A stretch of DNA of 52,358 nucleotides, filler included, from Catajapyx aquilonaris (Eukaryota), in the NCBI GenBank assembly GCA_000934665.2. It is 3 parts of 3 records of this genome, joined end to end, with 100 filler letters (N's around TTAATTAATTAA, not from the genome) between each part and the next. Parts side by side here need not be neighbours in the genome. Positions count along the whole stretch, not along the records: positions 1 to 17,305 come from JYFJ02006977.1; 2 more parts are not named here. One strand, given 5' to 3'. Below are positions 1 to 9,834 of this stretch, piece by piece. Position 1 is the first letter of the stretch. Each line of letters starts with the position of its first letter. Made by a program: the position numbers and the translations under genes. The notes beneath the pieces are model-generated. The model was given only the letters and a program-made list of their open reading frames with translations. It had not been told where the DNA came from and did not search any database.

Positions 1-7
1 CTTTTAA

Positions 8-436
8 CCCTGGAACCGTGACATGGGGTCTTTTAGGACCCCAAAGGTAGTAAAAATGTAAAATGCACTGCTTTGAGTGACCTTGAAATGATAGTGACCT
101 GAAACTCCGTGTATTCCTTAAAAAAAACTTCATTTCATGGATCAAATCCGGTTTCATAATTTTCACACCTACCAAAATGTACATATATATGTCGTTGTTT
201 TTGGACCCATGCTCTCATGGGGTCCAAAAGGACCCCACGTCACGGTTCCCGGCATACACAAAAGAAAACTATCCACTACAAAAATTAACTGTTGCCATTT
301 AAAAAAAGTATATAACAGGAAGGGCATGCTTATTTTCAATTAGCGATCATTTTAGGCATTGTTCCAAGAATGATTGCATATAGTCCATACATTGAAAAGT
401 ATTATATAACATTTTTTAAAAATTACGATTCCAGGG
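8..436. mobile_element. Non-autonomous piggyBac-type MITE
   Basis: TTAA at 4-7 and 437-440. Termini CCCTGGAACCGTGA / TTACGATTCCAGGG match as inverted repeats at 12/14. CCC..GGG ends with a TTAA TSD are the piggyBac signature. No coding capacity. Confidence 0.75.
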
Positions 437-487
437 TTAAACAAGGCTATACCCAGTAATTAAAAATTAAGTACTCCAAGTAAGCAA

Positions 488-557
488 TTTGCACTCCAGA
501 TTAAAGTCTGGAGTGCAAACTTTGCATCTGGACAAAAATATTAAAATTTGATCCCTG
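488..557. repeat. 13-bp hairpin plus possible hAT-like MITE right end
   Basis: TTTGCACTCCAGA-ttaaag-TCTGGAGTGCAAA (488-519), then ...TTTGATCCCTG (reverse complement CAGGGATCAAA). No matching left end found. Confidence 0.35.
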
Positions 558-609
558 CATTATGGTACTATGGTACTAGGTCATAGGATTACAATACTAC
601 AATGTAACG

Positions 610-949
610 GGGAGGTGTGGTGGGCGAGATGGTAACGTCTCGGCTTGCTGAGTGAAAGGTCCCAGGTTCGATCCCCGCCTGGGAGTTCTCTTTCACCTGC
701 ATCGGGAGGGTCTCTGACCCGCACCTTGGAGGTGTCTGGCAACCTAACCTCCTGGGGGACTGCACATGGCCCAAACGTTTAAGACATTGCACCTGCACAA
801 GTGTCCCCTCCCCAACAATCAGTATCCCTACCCTACATCCTGAAGTCCTTGCACGGTGATAGAAGAAAAACAAGTTTGAAAACTGATGGGGATGTGCCAT
901 CCCCCTATGACGACTTATAGTTGTATCACGGGTTTAAAAAAAAACAACA
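610..949 (+). mobile_element. tRNA-derived SINE (family B, copy 1)
   Basis: A-box-like TGGGCGAGATGG, B-box GGTTCGATCCC (665-675) and an A-rich tail. 14-bp TSD ACTACA(A/G)TGTAACG at 596-609 and 950-963. Body shares TTAAGACATTGCAC with the copy at 9492. Confidence 0.8.
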
Positions 950-1102
950 ACTACAGTGTAACGTAATACAGTACCGAATCATGTCAGATGTCAGCGTATG
1001 AGGCAAACAATGGCATCAGTGCACGGGTGTTGCACCCTGACTCTTAATCTGACTGCATTTGATCACCTACTGTACATGGACAATGAGTTACAAACTCAAG
1101 GC

Positions 1103-1355
1103 TGGATTATTTGGAGGCCCTTGAGCTGGCTTTTGCTACTTTGAAGCTGGTGGGACGGATATGACGTCCCAAAACTTTAAAGACGCTGTAGCAATAACTA
1201 TGCAACGGCACCCAAAACTAATTGCACATTCCTATTCCCTATATACAGGGTGATGGGAAACTCGTGGACAATCACCAGGTAAACTTATGGTACTCGCAAA
1301 ACTAACAGAGGGATGTGAAATTAGTTTTTGGCTCCGTTACGTAGTTAATTGTAAG
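1103..1355. mobile_element. Two fragments, in opposite orientation, of a Tc1/mariner-type MITE with CAGGGTG terminus
   Basis: About 1110-1235 resembles 4178-4300 in direct orientation. TA|CAGGGTGATGGG at 1246 onward resembles the reverse complement of 4260-4360. Confidence 0.6.
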
Positions 1356-1403
1356 TCACCTTGAAAGTGTAGAGGGCCTGATGGTAAAATACAAGGTAAA
1401 AAC

Positions 1404-1765
1404 CAGTGCCGGTGTGAGGGGGAAGGGGGGGTGACCGCTCTGGGCCCCGCGCCTTTTTGTACCTTTTTTAGAGGTATACGATTGTTATGAAATTAATGTG
1501 CATTTTTGACATCAATTAACAAGAACCTTAAAAATCAATTTCGAGTTTCCAACTGCTAAAGTGATGCGGGGCCCCTACAAGTTCAGTTATCCCAAATTAC
1601 TGCAAATTTATTTAAAGTCGCACAGGGGTTCGTGTGATAAAGGTATTATCTTCTGCATAGTCTGAAATATTATTGTCATTGTGGTGCTATGTGCAAGGGC
1701 TGGCCCTCCGAGTTAAAGACTCAGCCCTGCCGCTCTGGGCCCCGACATTTGTAAGGGCCCCACAG
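1404..1765. mobile_element. Possible degraded hAT-like MITE
   Basis: Starts CAGTGCCGG. Repeated CCGCTCTGGGCCCCG / GGGCCCC subterminal motifs at about 1435, 1570, 1730 and 1755. No right TIR or TSD identified. Confidence 0.3.
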
Positions 1766-1982
1766 AGGCTATTTCTATAGCGGATTTCCTATAGCATAAC
1801 CGCCAAATCTGCCTTCCATACTATTAGTTCAGTCAATAAGTTCCCGTCCCGGCCGCGGGAGGCCGGCAGGTGACACGGAGACAGGTGCTACTGTGGTTGG
1901 CTGTGAGGTACATTCGCAGTCGCCAACCTGGCCAAGAGTGAACTCGGTGTGCTGCGTAATAGCTGCGGTACACAGTCGAAAA

Positions 1983-2236
1983 ATGTCGTTCACCATATCA
2001 GGCGCGTCCAAGGCGGACGAACGGGCAGTAATTCAGTTCCTGTGTGCAGAGGGAGCGGGACCGAAGGAGATTCATACACACATGAGGGCTGTGTATGGAG
2101 ACACTTGCGTGGCGTACTCGACAGTGAAGGACTGGGTACGCCATTTCCGCAGTGGTCGACAAGGCACGGTCAGGCCGACCTGTTACCGCCTCCAACGATG
2201 CAAGCCTAGTGTGCGTCGAGGGGTTGGTTCAAAGTG
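1983..2236 (+). pseudogene. Truncated, frameshifted mariner transposase N-terminus (Mos1-type HTH)
   Basis: Translations in ORFs 1893..2237 and 2152..2343 match the mariner R-x-x-I-x-F...EIH...VYG...V..W...F..GR....D..RSGRP pattern. Interrupted by a SINE tail at 2237. Confidence 0.8.
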
Positions 2237-2616
2237 ATCATCATCATCATCATTTATTTCACCTCCCTGTCTCCACATACAGGGAGGGACCTCTCAGTAC
2301 ATTACAGTATAAAGCACATAAACTCCTTTGGGCACCATGGTAGAGTTCATAGTGATCAGCGCTTGCATGATAATTCATACCCCGTTATCAGCCATCGGCT
2401 CTTTAGGGGGGAAGTTTGTTTTGGCTGGAACTCTTTGCTTTTCATTTTACTGTGCTCTTTGGGATAGGATAGGGACGAAAGGAAGCGGCTGTGGTCTATT
2501 AATTACGGAAGCAACTCCGGAATTTCCCTGGAAGGACCGTGGGAAACCACAGAAAACCATGGTCGGAGTTGCCGGCCCCGGGATTCGAACCCAGGCGCTC
2601 GCATGCCTGCTCAGAA
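2237..2616 (-). mobile_element. tRNA-derived SINE (family A), 5'-altered, with extended 3' segment and (ATG)n tail
   Basis: Minus strand reads GGTTCGAATCCCGGGGCCGGCAACTCCGACCATGGTTTTCTGTGGTTTCCCACGG... and is collinear with 8490-8715. It ends ...GAAATAAATGATGATGATGATG. Confidence 0.8.
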
Positions 2617-3495
2617 ATCCTGTCGATGGACAAGCGCCTTGTCGACCACTGCGGAAATGGCGTACCCAGTCCTTCACTGTCGAGTACGCCACGCAGGAAC
2701 TGAATTACTGCCCGTTCGTCCACCTGATATGGTGAACGACATTTTTCGACTGTGTACCGCAGCTATTACGCAGCACACCGAGTTCACTCTTGGCCAGGTT
2801 GGCGACTGCGAATGTACCTCACAGCCAACCACAGCAGCACCTGTCTCCGTGTCACCTGCCGGGCCTCCCGCGGCCGGGACGGGAACTTATTGACTATACC
2901 TAATATTAATTTGAAAAAATATTGGACCCTTTGTTTTACTGCAAATATGTCACGAATGAAAAATCCAAATTAATTCTGACCTTGGCTGGAGCACCTCCAT
3001 TCTGCACTGTCCGTATTATGCCCCATGCTAGTGTTGGGGGTGCCTAGGTCACCTGGTTTTGGGGGAAAAGAGAAAAGAAACTGGGGCGTAAAACCTCTCC
3101 TCATCTTGGGCCCATCCTGCGAAGTTACTCTTTAGTCATATGTGAAGAAAACTTCGTAAGAAAAAATGGTGGTAACCTACCCCCCTAAAAGGGCTCTGTT
3201 CCCTCTAATGGGGTAAAGAGAAAAAAAAATGTTACCCTTTAGTCATGCTTTATATCCCGTCGTGGTGGTTAGTCGTCAGTGTATTCCTGATGATTCCCGG
3301 ATCACAGCAGTGATTTGTGGATTAGGACGTGCAAAAATGAAGAGTAAGTGAACCCTTCTGAAAGTGACTAGTAACTTGGTGTCTGTTTCGGTTTTTAAAA
3401 TATGCACATCTAGGATTTTAGGATCCCACTGTACTTTGTCAGTTACATTCATTCAGCCCCCCGCAACTTTCTATCTAGCCATACGGGGAAGGCCG

Positions 3496-3980
3496 TGCAC
3501 TTAGCTGGTCCACTAACCCCGGATGAGACTCCGAATACCCGGATGTGGAGCCCTGTATCAAAACGCATTCTGGCGGACGTCTCTGAACCATCCTGACCCT
3601 ACCTACACTGTCCAATCCTATCAGCCCACGTTTGCAGATCCAACCATCAGCCACCTGAATGCGATTAGGACCAATCAATCAATAATGTCATAGCAACACA
3701 TCTACCATTAATACTTAATAACTCCCAATCCAAAAAAATTATTATCAAACCATCTTGGCCACCACACCTCCCCGTTACATTGTAGTATTGTAATCCTATG
3801 ACCTATACCTGCATTTGGGTGGCTGGTGCGGTGGATCTGCAAACTGGCGCTGATGGGAGTTGACAATATAGGTATGTTCAGAACGGTTCAGAAACGTCCC
3901 CCTGATTCGGTTTTGATACAGGGCTCCACATCCGGGTATTTGGACTCTACATCTGGGGATAGCGGACCAGCTAAGCACAC
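3496..3980. mobile_element. Old palindromic (fold-back) element
   Basis: 3496-3662 and 3810-3980 are diverged inverted repeats, e.g. ATACCCGGATGTGGAGCCCTGTATCAAAAC / GTTTTGATACAGGGCTCCACATCCGGGTAT. Termini and TSD are not resolved. Confidence 0.7.
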
Positions 3981-4036
3981 AGGAAAAGAGAGCGAGTTGC
4001 AGGGGGCTGCATTCACCTATGCTTGTGTGACCTTGA

Positions 4037-4063
4037 ACACACACACACACACACACCCACACA
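4037..4063. repeat. (CA)n microsatellite
   Basis: acacacacacacacacacacccacaca. Confidence 0.9.
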
Positions 4064-4149
4064 AAAATCCTGCGGCAGGCTTTTCCACGCCCGGCACTTA
4101 CGTTCACTCAAGCTGAAGTGGCCCTCTATCAAATCGAGTTTGAGACCCC

Positions 4150-4360
4150 CTGTGTTAGGGGACCAAGACAAGGGACTGGAGGCCCTCGAGCTGACTTTTG
4201 CTTCATTGAAGCTGGCGGAACCGATGTGACATCACGAAACTTTGACAGCGCCATACACAATAACTATGCTAATGAGCCCAAAACTAATTGCACATCCCTA
4301 TTAGTTTTATGAGTACTATCAGTCTACCTGGTGATCATGCATGAAAATCCCTTCACCCTG
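4150..4360 (-). mobile_element. Tc1/mariner-type MITE fragment ending CACCCTG|TA
   Basis: Terminus CACCCTG (4354-4360) followed by TA. Shares GGGGACCAAGACAA with the MITE at 9835 and is similar to 1103-1355. Confidence 0.6.
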
Positions 4361-5202
4361 TATACACTGGTGTTCCTGGAAAGTGCACCACCTACTATCC
4401 ATTTCAAAAGTGTAATGCAATCACCTCAATTGGCCTCACAAATTGCACAAATAGTGATATTTTTGAAAATTCATGTCACATATCACAGGCTTGACTCAAG
4501 GACTCTAGCTTGATACCATCAATATCTTATGTCAATGATCAATGTACATAAAGGATAAACCACTTTTAGTTTTCAATGATTTCCCATTTAGGTGCTTCAG
4601 ATTTCAAGGTTTCACTGTATATTAATGAAAAAACTTCCTTTGAAATATGCCTTCAATCTGAGGAGAAAACCCCATGGAAAACCCATTGCAATTCTTTCCA
4701 TATAAGTGAATCCATCATCTGATCCAGGGATAAAACTCAAATGTGAGTGGCAAGAACAAAAGTCACAAATCACGGTAAGGGGCTCAAATTTTGACACCCT
4801 TACTTTGTTTTCCTCTTGTTAGAAAATGGCTGAACACAGCAATGTAAGGAAAATGAGTGTTAATACATTGAACATTCACCTACTAGGTCCTGCAACGAAA
4901 TTTAAAAAAAAAAAAAGAAAGAAAACAGGAGGAAAAAGCACAAAATTGAAAAAGTGAAAACACTAATTTTTTCAGTTTCAAAAAAGTGTTCCTAATTTCT
5001 GAACCTGCGTTTTAAATGAGATGAAATGTGTAAAAAAAATGCTTTAAAATGCTTGATTAATAACAATACAATGAAAACTGGTTTATCTGCATGATGAAAA
5101 TGAAAAGTTTTCCCTATTTGCAAAAAAATAAAACAATGCCATAGAATAATGACTTGATCAATACAATCATACGGGAACGTTTTAACAGCAGGTAGTACAG
5201 AT

Positions 5203-7197
5203 GGGTCATTCCACGTCAGTTTGGCACGATATTAGCCCTTGGTATCTCGAATTTCGTTCAGACTTTTTTAAATGGAAGTACTCCACCCCAAACAAATGTG
5301 GCCCAGGCATTCATCCGAAAAAAATTTAGCAACGGAACAACGGGCGACGAAAGATTATCGATTTTATCGTTTTTGGTGCTGTGCGGTATCAGAAATGTGA
5401 CGATATCTCCCTTAATATCGATCGTAGAGAGATGTGCATAGGGACTTAAATTAATTGGAGATGTGCACGGAATAGACGTAGGCCACCAAATATATTTTTA
5501 TGTAATATCTTTAAGAATTTACGCTAAATTTTAAACTTTAAATTTACTTTTCCAAAATCGCTATTTTTATTTATTTTTACTTTTTCCCTTACATAAATAT
5601 ATAGACTAGTCCTTTATGTCAATTATCGCGTAAAAATGTTGATGGGCAATTCATAATTGGTCGAGATAAAAATTATCGAAATTGAAGGTACACCGCTCAT
5701 GCATATCTCGCTAGTGTCTTGAACGAACATTCATTGGGTATTTTTTGGCCCAGTAAACAGGATTAACTCGTGATGTAAGTCTGGTGACTAATTTTCTTAT
5801 TACAAATTCTGAACCAATGAATATTTTAGGCATTCAATAATTTTCCAATGATTTTGTCAAATATAATTACCATTAAGTAATAGTAATCATAATAATTGAC
5901 AAAATCTTTGAAAAATTATTGAACGACAAAGGTATTAATTGGTTCAGAATTTGTAATGTTTAAAGGGACACTCCACTCAAAATACAAGTTGATCTGTAAA
6001 AATCAGGCAAAAAATCCTGATTCCGGTGATACCATCCGTTTTTTTCTACGGCGAACGGTAACCCGAGAAATAAATGGCAAAGTAGGCCGCCTGCAAACCC
6101 CCCTCCCCCTCCGCGGTCTTGGCGACACTCCCCCGGCCACTTGGCGATGTTGGATAGCAGCGCCGCCCTTCCCAACGGCGACTTGGATAAGTTGCCTGCA
6201 GGTATGGGGATCCGTGGGGATCTGGTCAGATCTGCTTGTGTCCGAAGCCAACTTCCCCTAGTGCCCGTTGGGAAGGGCGGCGCTCTATCCAACGTCGCCT
6301 AACTTGGCCAGGTGGCCAGGCGGCGCCACTCTCGAACAGACCTCGAATTTTTTCCGACTTTCGTCTCTTCCCCTGACATTACCGTTCGTATCAGAGATAA
6401 ACGGATGGTATCACCGGAATCAGGATTCTTTGCCTGATTTTTACAGATCAACTTGTATTTTGAGTGGAGTGTCCCTTTAAAGAAAATTAGTCACCAGACT
6501 TGCATCATTTTGTCAATTATTATGATTTACTTAATGATAATCATAATAACATTGACAAAATCATTGGAAAATTATTGAATGACTAAAGTATCAATTGGTT
6601 CAGAATTTGTAATGTTTAAAGAAAATGAGTCACCAGACTTACATCATGAGTTAAGCCTGTTTACTGGGCCAAAAAAACAAACAAAAAAAAAACAATGAAT
6701 GTTCGTTCAATACACTAGCGAGATATGCATGAGCGGTGTACCTTCAATTTCGATAATTTTTATCTCGACCAATTATGAATTGCCCATCGACATTTTTACG
6801 GGATAATTAACATAAAGGGCTATATATTTATGTAAGGGAAAAAGTAAAAATAAATAAAAATAGCGATTTTGGAAAAGTAAATTTAAAGTTTTAAAATTTA
6901 GCGTAAATTCTTAACGATATTACATAAAAATATATTTGGTGGGGATTAATTTAAGTCCCTATGCACATCTCTCTACGATCGATATTAAGGGAGATATCGT
7001 CACATTTCTGATACCACACAGCACCAAAAACGATAAAATCGATAATCTTTCGTCGCCCGTTGTTCCGTTGCTAAATTTTTTTCGGATGAATGCCTGGGCC
7101 ACATTTGTTTGGGGTGGAGTACTTCCATTTAAAAAAGTCTGAACGAAATTCGAGGTACCAAGGGCTAATATCGTGCCGAACTGACGTGGAATGACCC
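5203..7197. mobile_element. Long-TIR non-autonomous DNA transposon, Sola2-like
   Basis: GGGTCATTCCACGTCAGTT ... AACTGACGTGGAATGACCC. Inverted arms of about 650 bp (5203-5870 and 6545-7197) are highly similar. 4-bp flanks AGAT/ACAT differ by 1 mismatch. GRG termini, a 4-bp TSD and long TIRs fit Sola2. Confidence 0.75.
5964..6476. mobile_element. Kolobok/T2-type TTAA MITE nested in the Sola2-like element
   Basis: TTAA|AGGGACACTCCACTCAAAATACAAG ... CTTGTATTTTGAGTGGAGTGTCCCT|TTAA, with about 75-bp near-perfect TIRs and an inner inverted repeat (6135-6195 and 6250-6310). The empty site is preserved at about 6607-6640. Confidence 0.85.
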
Positions 7198-7795
7198 ACA
7201 TGCACAAATGTTTTCTGTGACTTCTTTCTTGAGTTTCCGAGAAATAAATGGAACTGTCAAAATGAGCATGATAGTACGGTAGGTAGGGCCCTATCCGAAA
7301 TTAGGAACGCCTAGGTAGCCGAAATTAGGAACATGACAACTTTCTACTGTTGCTGCTGGTTCACATCAACAAGTTGCAGCATGATGTTGATACTTTAAAA
7401 CATGCAAATAAACTGTCTAAGCAACATCATAGGCTAAAATAAATTATTGAATAGCATAGCGTAATTGCTGGGAAAAGATCGCCAATAATAGCATGCGCTG
7501 CAGTCCACCATGCACTTAGAAACAAACTGGTGTCCAAGGTTGCACAATGCACAGATGTTCGGATCAGTGCTGCCAGCTCACCAATTCCATCTTTGTGACA
7601 TTTTACCACTGTCACCGGCAATTTGCAACCCGTTACCACATAGCATGGTGGTGAGATAGCATGGTGGTTGGAATTAGGCGAATGGTCGAAATATGGACCC
7701 CTTCCCCTACAGAACACCACCATGCCACTCAATCAGGCAATAATGCACTAATATAAAAATTGTTGCAAACACAAAATTATAATGATCACGTTTAC

Positions 7796-8397
7796 CTCAC
7801 AGGTAAATGGCCTCTCTCCTGTATGAGTACGTAAGTGACGCTCCAGATGTGACTTCTTCATGTATCCTTTTCCACACTCCTCACAAAAGAAGCGACGCCT
7901 ACCAGTTAGGAGATGGCCTTGTAATGCAAGGGGCAAATATCCAGATTCAGGTGCTTGGGATGAGGTTGGTGGAAAGGTACGAGGTACTGTCCTTGATGCA
8001 ATCTCATATGCAGAGGCCCCTAGATACTTAGAAATGCCCACCCGTTGTTTTGAATTTTGGCATTTCCTCATTTTAACTCCCCCTACGATGTTACGGGATG
8101 TCTGACATGGTCTGCTACTCCCCCCTGGCCCTTGAGATGATGTTAGTAATCCAAACAGCGTATCTAGGCCACTTAAAATTGTTTGGGTGCCAATTTCACT
8201 GTGGAGGGAATGATGAACCTTGGTAGTTTGGCTGCTTTGGATCCAATTCTTGACAGGCTCCGTACTGCAGGAAGTGTTGACAAAAATACGCTTGCCAGTA
8301 GTACCACATGAGGCATCCGCTGTCTCAGGTTCCTCCAAATTGAGCTCAATCTGTGGCTCAAACATCTCACCCATGTGGAACTCTTCCACGTCAACAT
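7796..8397 (-). CDS. Internal exon of a C2H2 zinc-finger protein gene
   Basis: Encodes ...[32 protein letters not shown], i.e. one C2H2 finger plus the TGERP linker. Acceptor ctttctgttcctgtcAG (8398-8399), donor GAG|GTAAAC (7794-7795). The phase-1 start joins the exon at 11068 to form GAT (Asp). Confidence 0.85.
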
Positions 8398-8435
8398 CTG
8401 ACAGGAACAGAAAGGTTATATTATTAATTTCAACA

Positions 8436-8711
8436 CTGAAGCAGTGGTGGCGGAGGGGATATGGTATCCGACTGCTAATCGGGAGGTCCTGGGTTCGAAT
8501 CCCGGTGCCGGCAACTCTAACCGTGGTTTTCTGTGGTTTCCCACGGTCCCTCCAGGAGAATTCCGGAGTTGTTTCCTAAACTAATAGGCCACAGCCGCCT
8601 CCTTCTTTTCCTATCCTATCCCAAAAAGCGCAGTAAAAACGAAATGAAGAGTTCCAGTAAAAATATATATATATCCCCCCTAAAGAGCCGCCGGCTGATA
8701 ACGTGGTATGA

Positions 8712-8770
<59 letters not shown>

Positions 8771-8776
8771 TACTAC
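8436..8776 (+). mobile_element. tRNA-derived SINE (family A), full length, (ATT)n tail
   Basis: A-box-like TGGCGGAGGGG, B-box GGTTCGAATCCC (8492-8503), (ATT)n tail at about 8712-8776. Perfect 14-bp TSD TATTAATTTCAACA at 8422-8435 and 8777-8790. Confidence 0.9.
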
Positions 8777-9491
8777 TATTAATTTCAACAAAGAAGTAGG
8801 CTAATTAAATTCAAGAAAGAAATGACTTGGAGGCATTCTCCATTTTAGTTTCAAATCTAATGAAAAATGTGCCAAGTGCACAAAAAGGCATAAATACACT
8901 ACTACTAACAACCAAAGTAACTTTTCTTACCCTCCTGAATTTTGAAAATTTGTGGATTTTCTAATTCTGCTTGGCCTATAGTGTTGAGAAAACATCACCT
9001 CCGCTGCTAATCTCCATGTTCGCAGGGTGAAAATAGAGCCAAAAGGCGATGTTCTGAAGCCACAACACTTGCATGCGGTCGCGAGTTGCCGGCCAGCGCC
9101 AACGAGGGATAAATAGGGTACAGGGAGGCCGTAAAGGTCCGCCATCTTTGATGGTTTTGGCGGCCAGGCCGTGGCAGTTCACTGCAAGAACACATATGAA
9201 TTTGAATATTTTTTCCGTACTTACAGAATTAAAGGAGCTCATACGGCAAAAATATTCAAATTCGCGCGTGTTCTTGCCGTGAACTGCCACGGCCTGGCTG
9301 CCAAAATCATCAAAGATGGCGGATATTTACGGCCTCCCTGTACCCTATTTATCCCTCGTTGGCGATGGCTGGCAACTCGCGACCGGATGCAAGTGTTGTG
9401 GCTTCGGAACATTGCCTTTTGGTTGTATTTTCACCCTGCGAACATGGAGATTAGCAGCGGAGGTGATGTTTTCTCAACACTATAGGCCAAG

Positions 9492-9834
9492 AGAGGGAGG
9501 TGGAGTGGTGCTGCGGTAACGTATGCGCCCACGGATGTTAAGGTCCCAGGTTCAATCCCAGCCCGGGGACACCCCCTTCATCACGTGCAGAGTTCAGGGT
9601 CACCTCTGGCTTCGTCTCGGGTGGTATTTCCAATAGACTAAACCACCCGGGGGAGTTCACTAAAAAATGGCCACATTAAGACATTGCACTTCCCCTTGCA
9701 CATCCCCTCCTGTCATCCTGCCGTGGGTCCGGGCGCTAGGTATAAAAGGCTCCAATGTACACGATATAATAAAAATAAAGGTCCATGCTATATACCTCTG
9801 ATGAGGTCAGCACTACCCCCAGATTATTATTATA
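9492..9834 (+). mobile_element. tRNA-derived SINE (family B, copy 2), (ATT)n tail
   Basis: TGGTGCTGCGG A-box-like motif, B-box GGTTCAATCCC (9549-9559). 16-bp TSD AACACTATAG(G/A)CCAAG at 9476-9491 and 10376-10391. Confidence 0.85.

Larger units (their letters stand above)
1824..2903. mobile_element. Mariner-derived fold-back element (two inverted copies of the 5' end) with an internal SINE
   Basis: TA|TTAGTTCAGTCAATAAGTTCCC ... GGGAACTTATTGACTATACCTAA|TA. Arms 1824-2165 and about 2636-2903 are near-identical inverted copies. The left arm encodes a mariner N-terminal HTH: ERAVIQFLCAEGAGPKEIHTHMRAVYGDTCVAYSTVKDWVRHFRSGR, then after a frameshift DKARSGRPVTA. Confidence 0.85.

Noticed and set aside
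610..680. tRNA genes at 610, 8440, 9495 and 16065(-)
   Set aside because: A and B boxes are present, but there is no intact cloverleaf or T-run terminator. Each continues into a shared body, tail and TSD, so they are SINE heads.
8533..8799. Poly-Leu and poly-Ile ORFs
   Set aside because: These are translations of the (ATT)n SINE tail.
8927..9519. Pairs of near-identical ORFs on opposite strands (also 5956-6480 and 3475-4116)
   Set aside because: They are a by-product of palindromic elements and have no recognisable protein motifs.
9798..9830. CTGATGAG, the hammerhead ribozyme core, in a SINE tail
   Set aside because: No stem II or GAAA follows (GTCAGCACTACCCCCAG), so the catalytic core is incomplete. 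Other CTGANGA hits I checked (about 3287, 10584, 15374, 34292) also fail.
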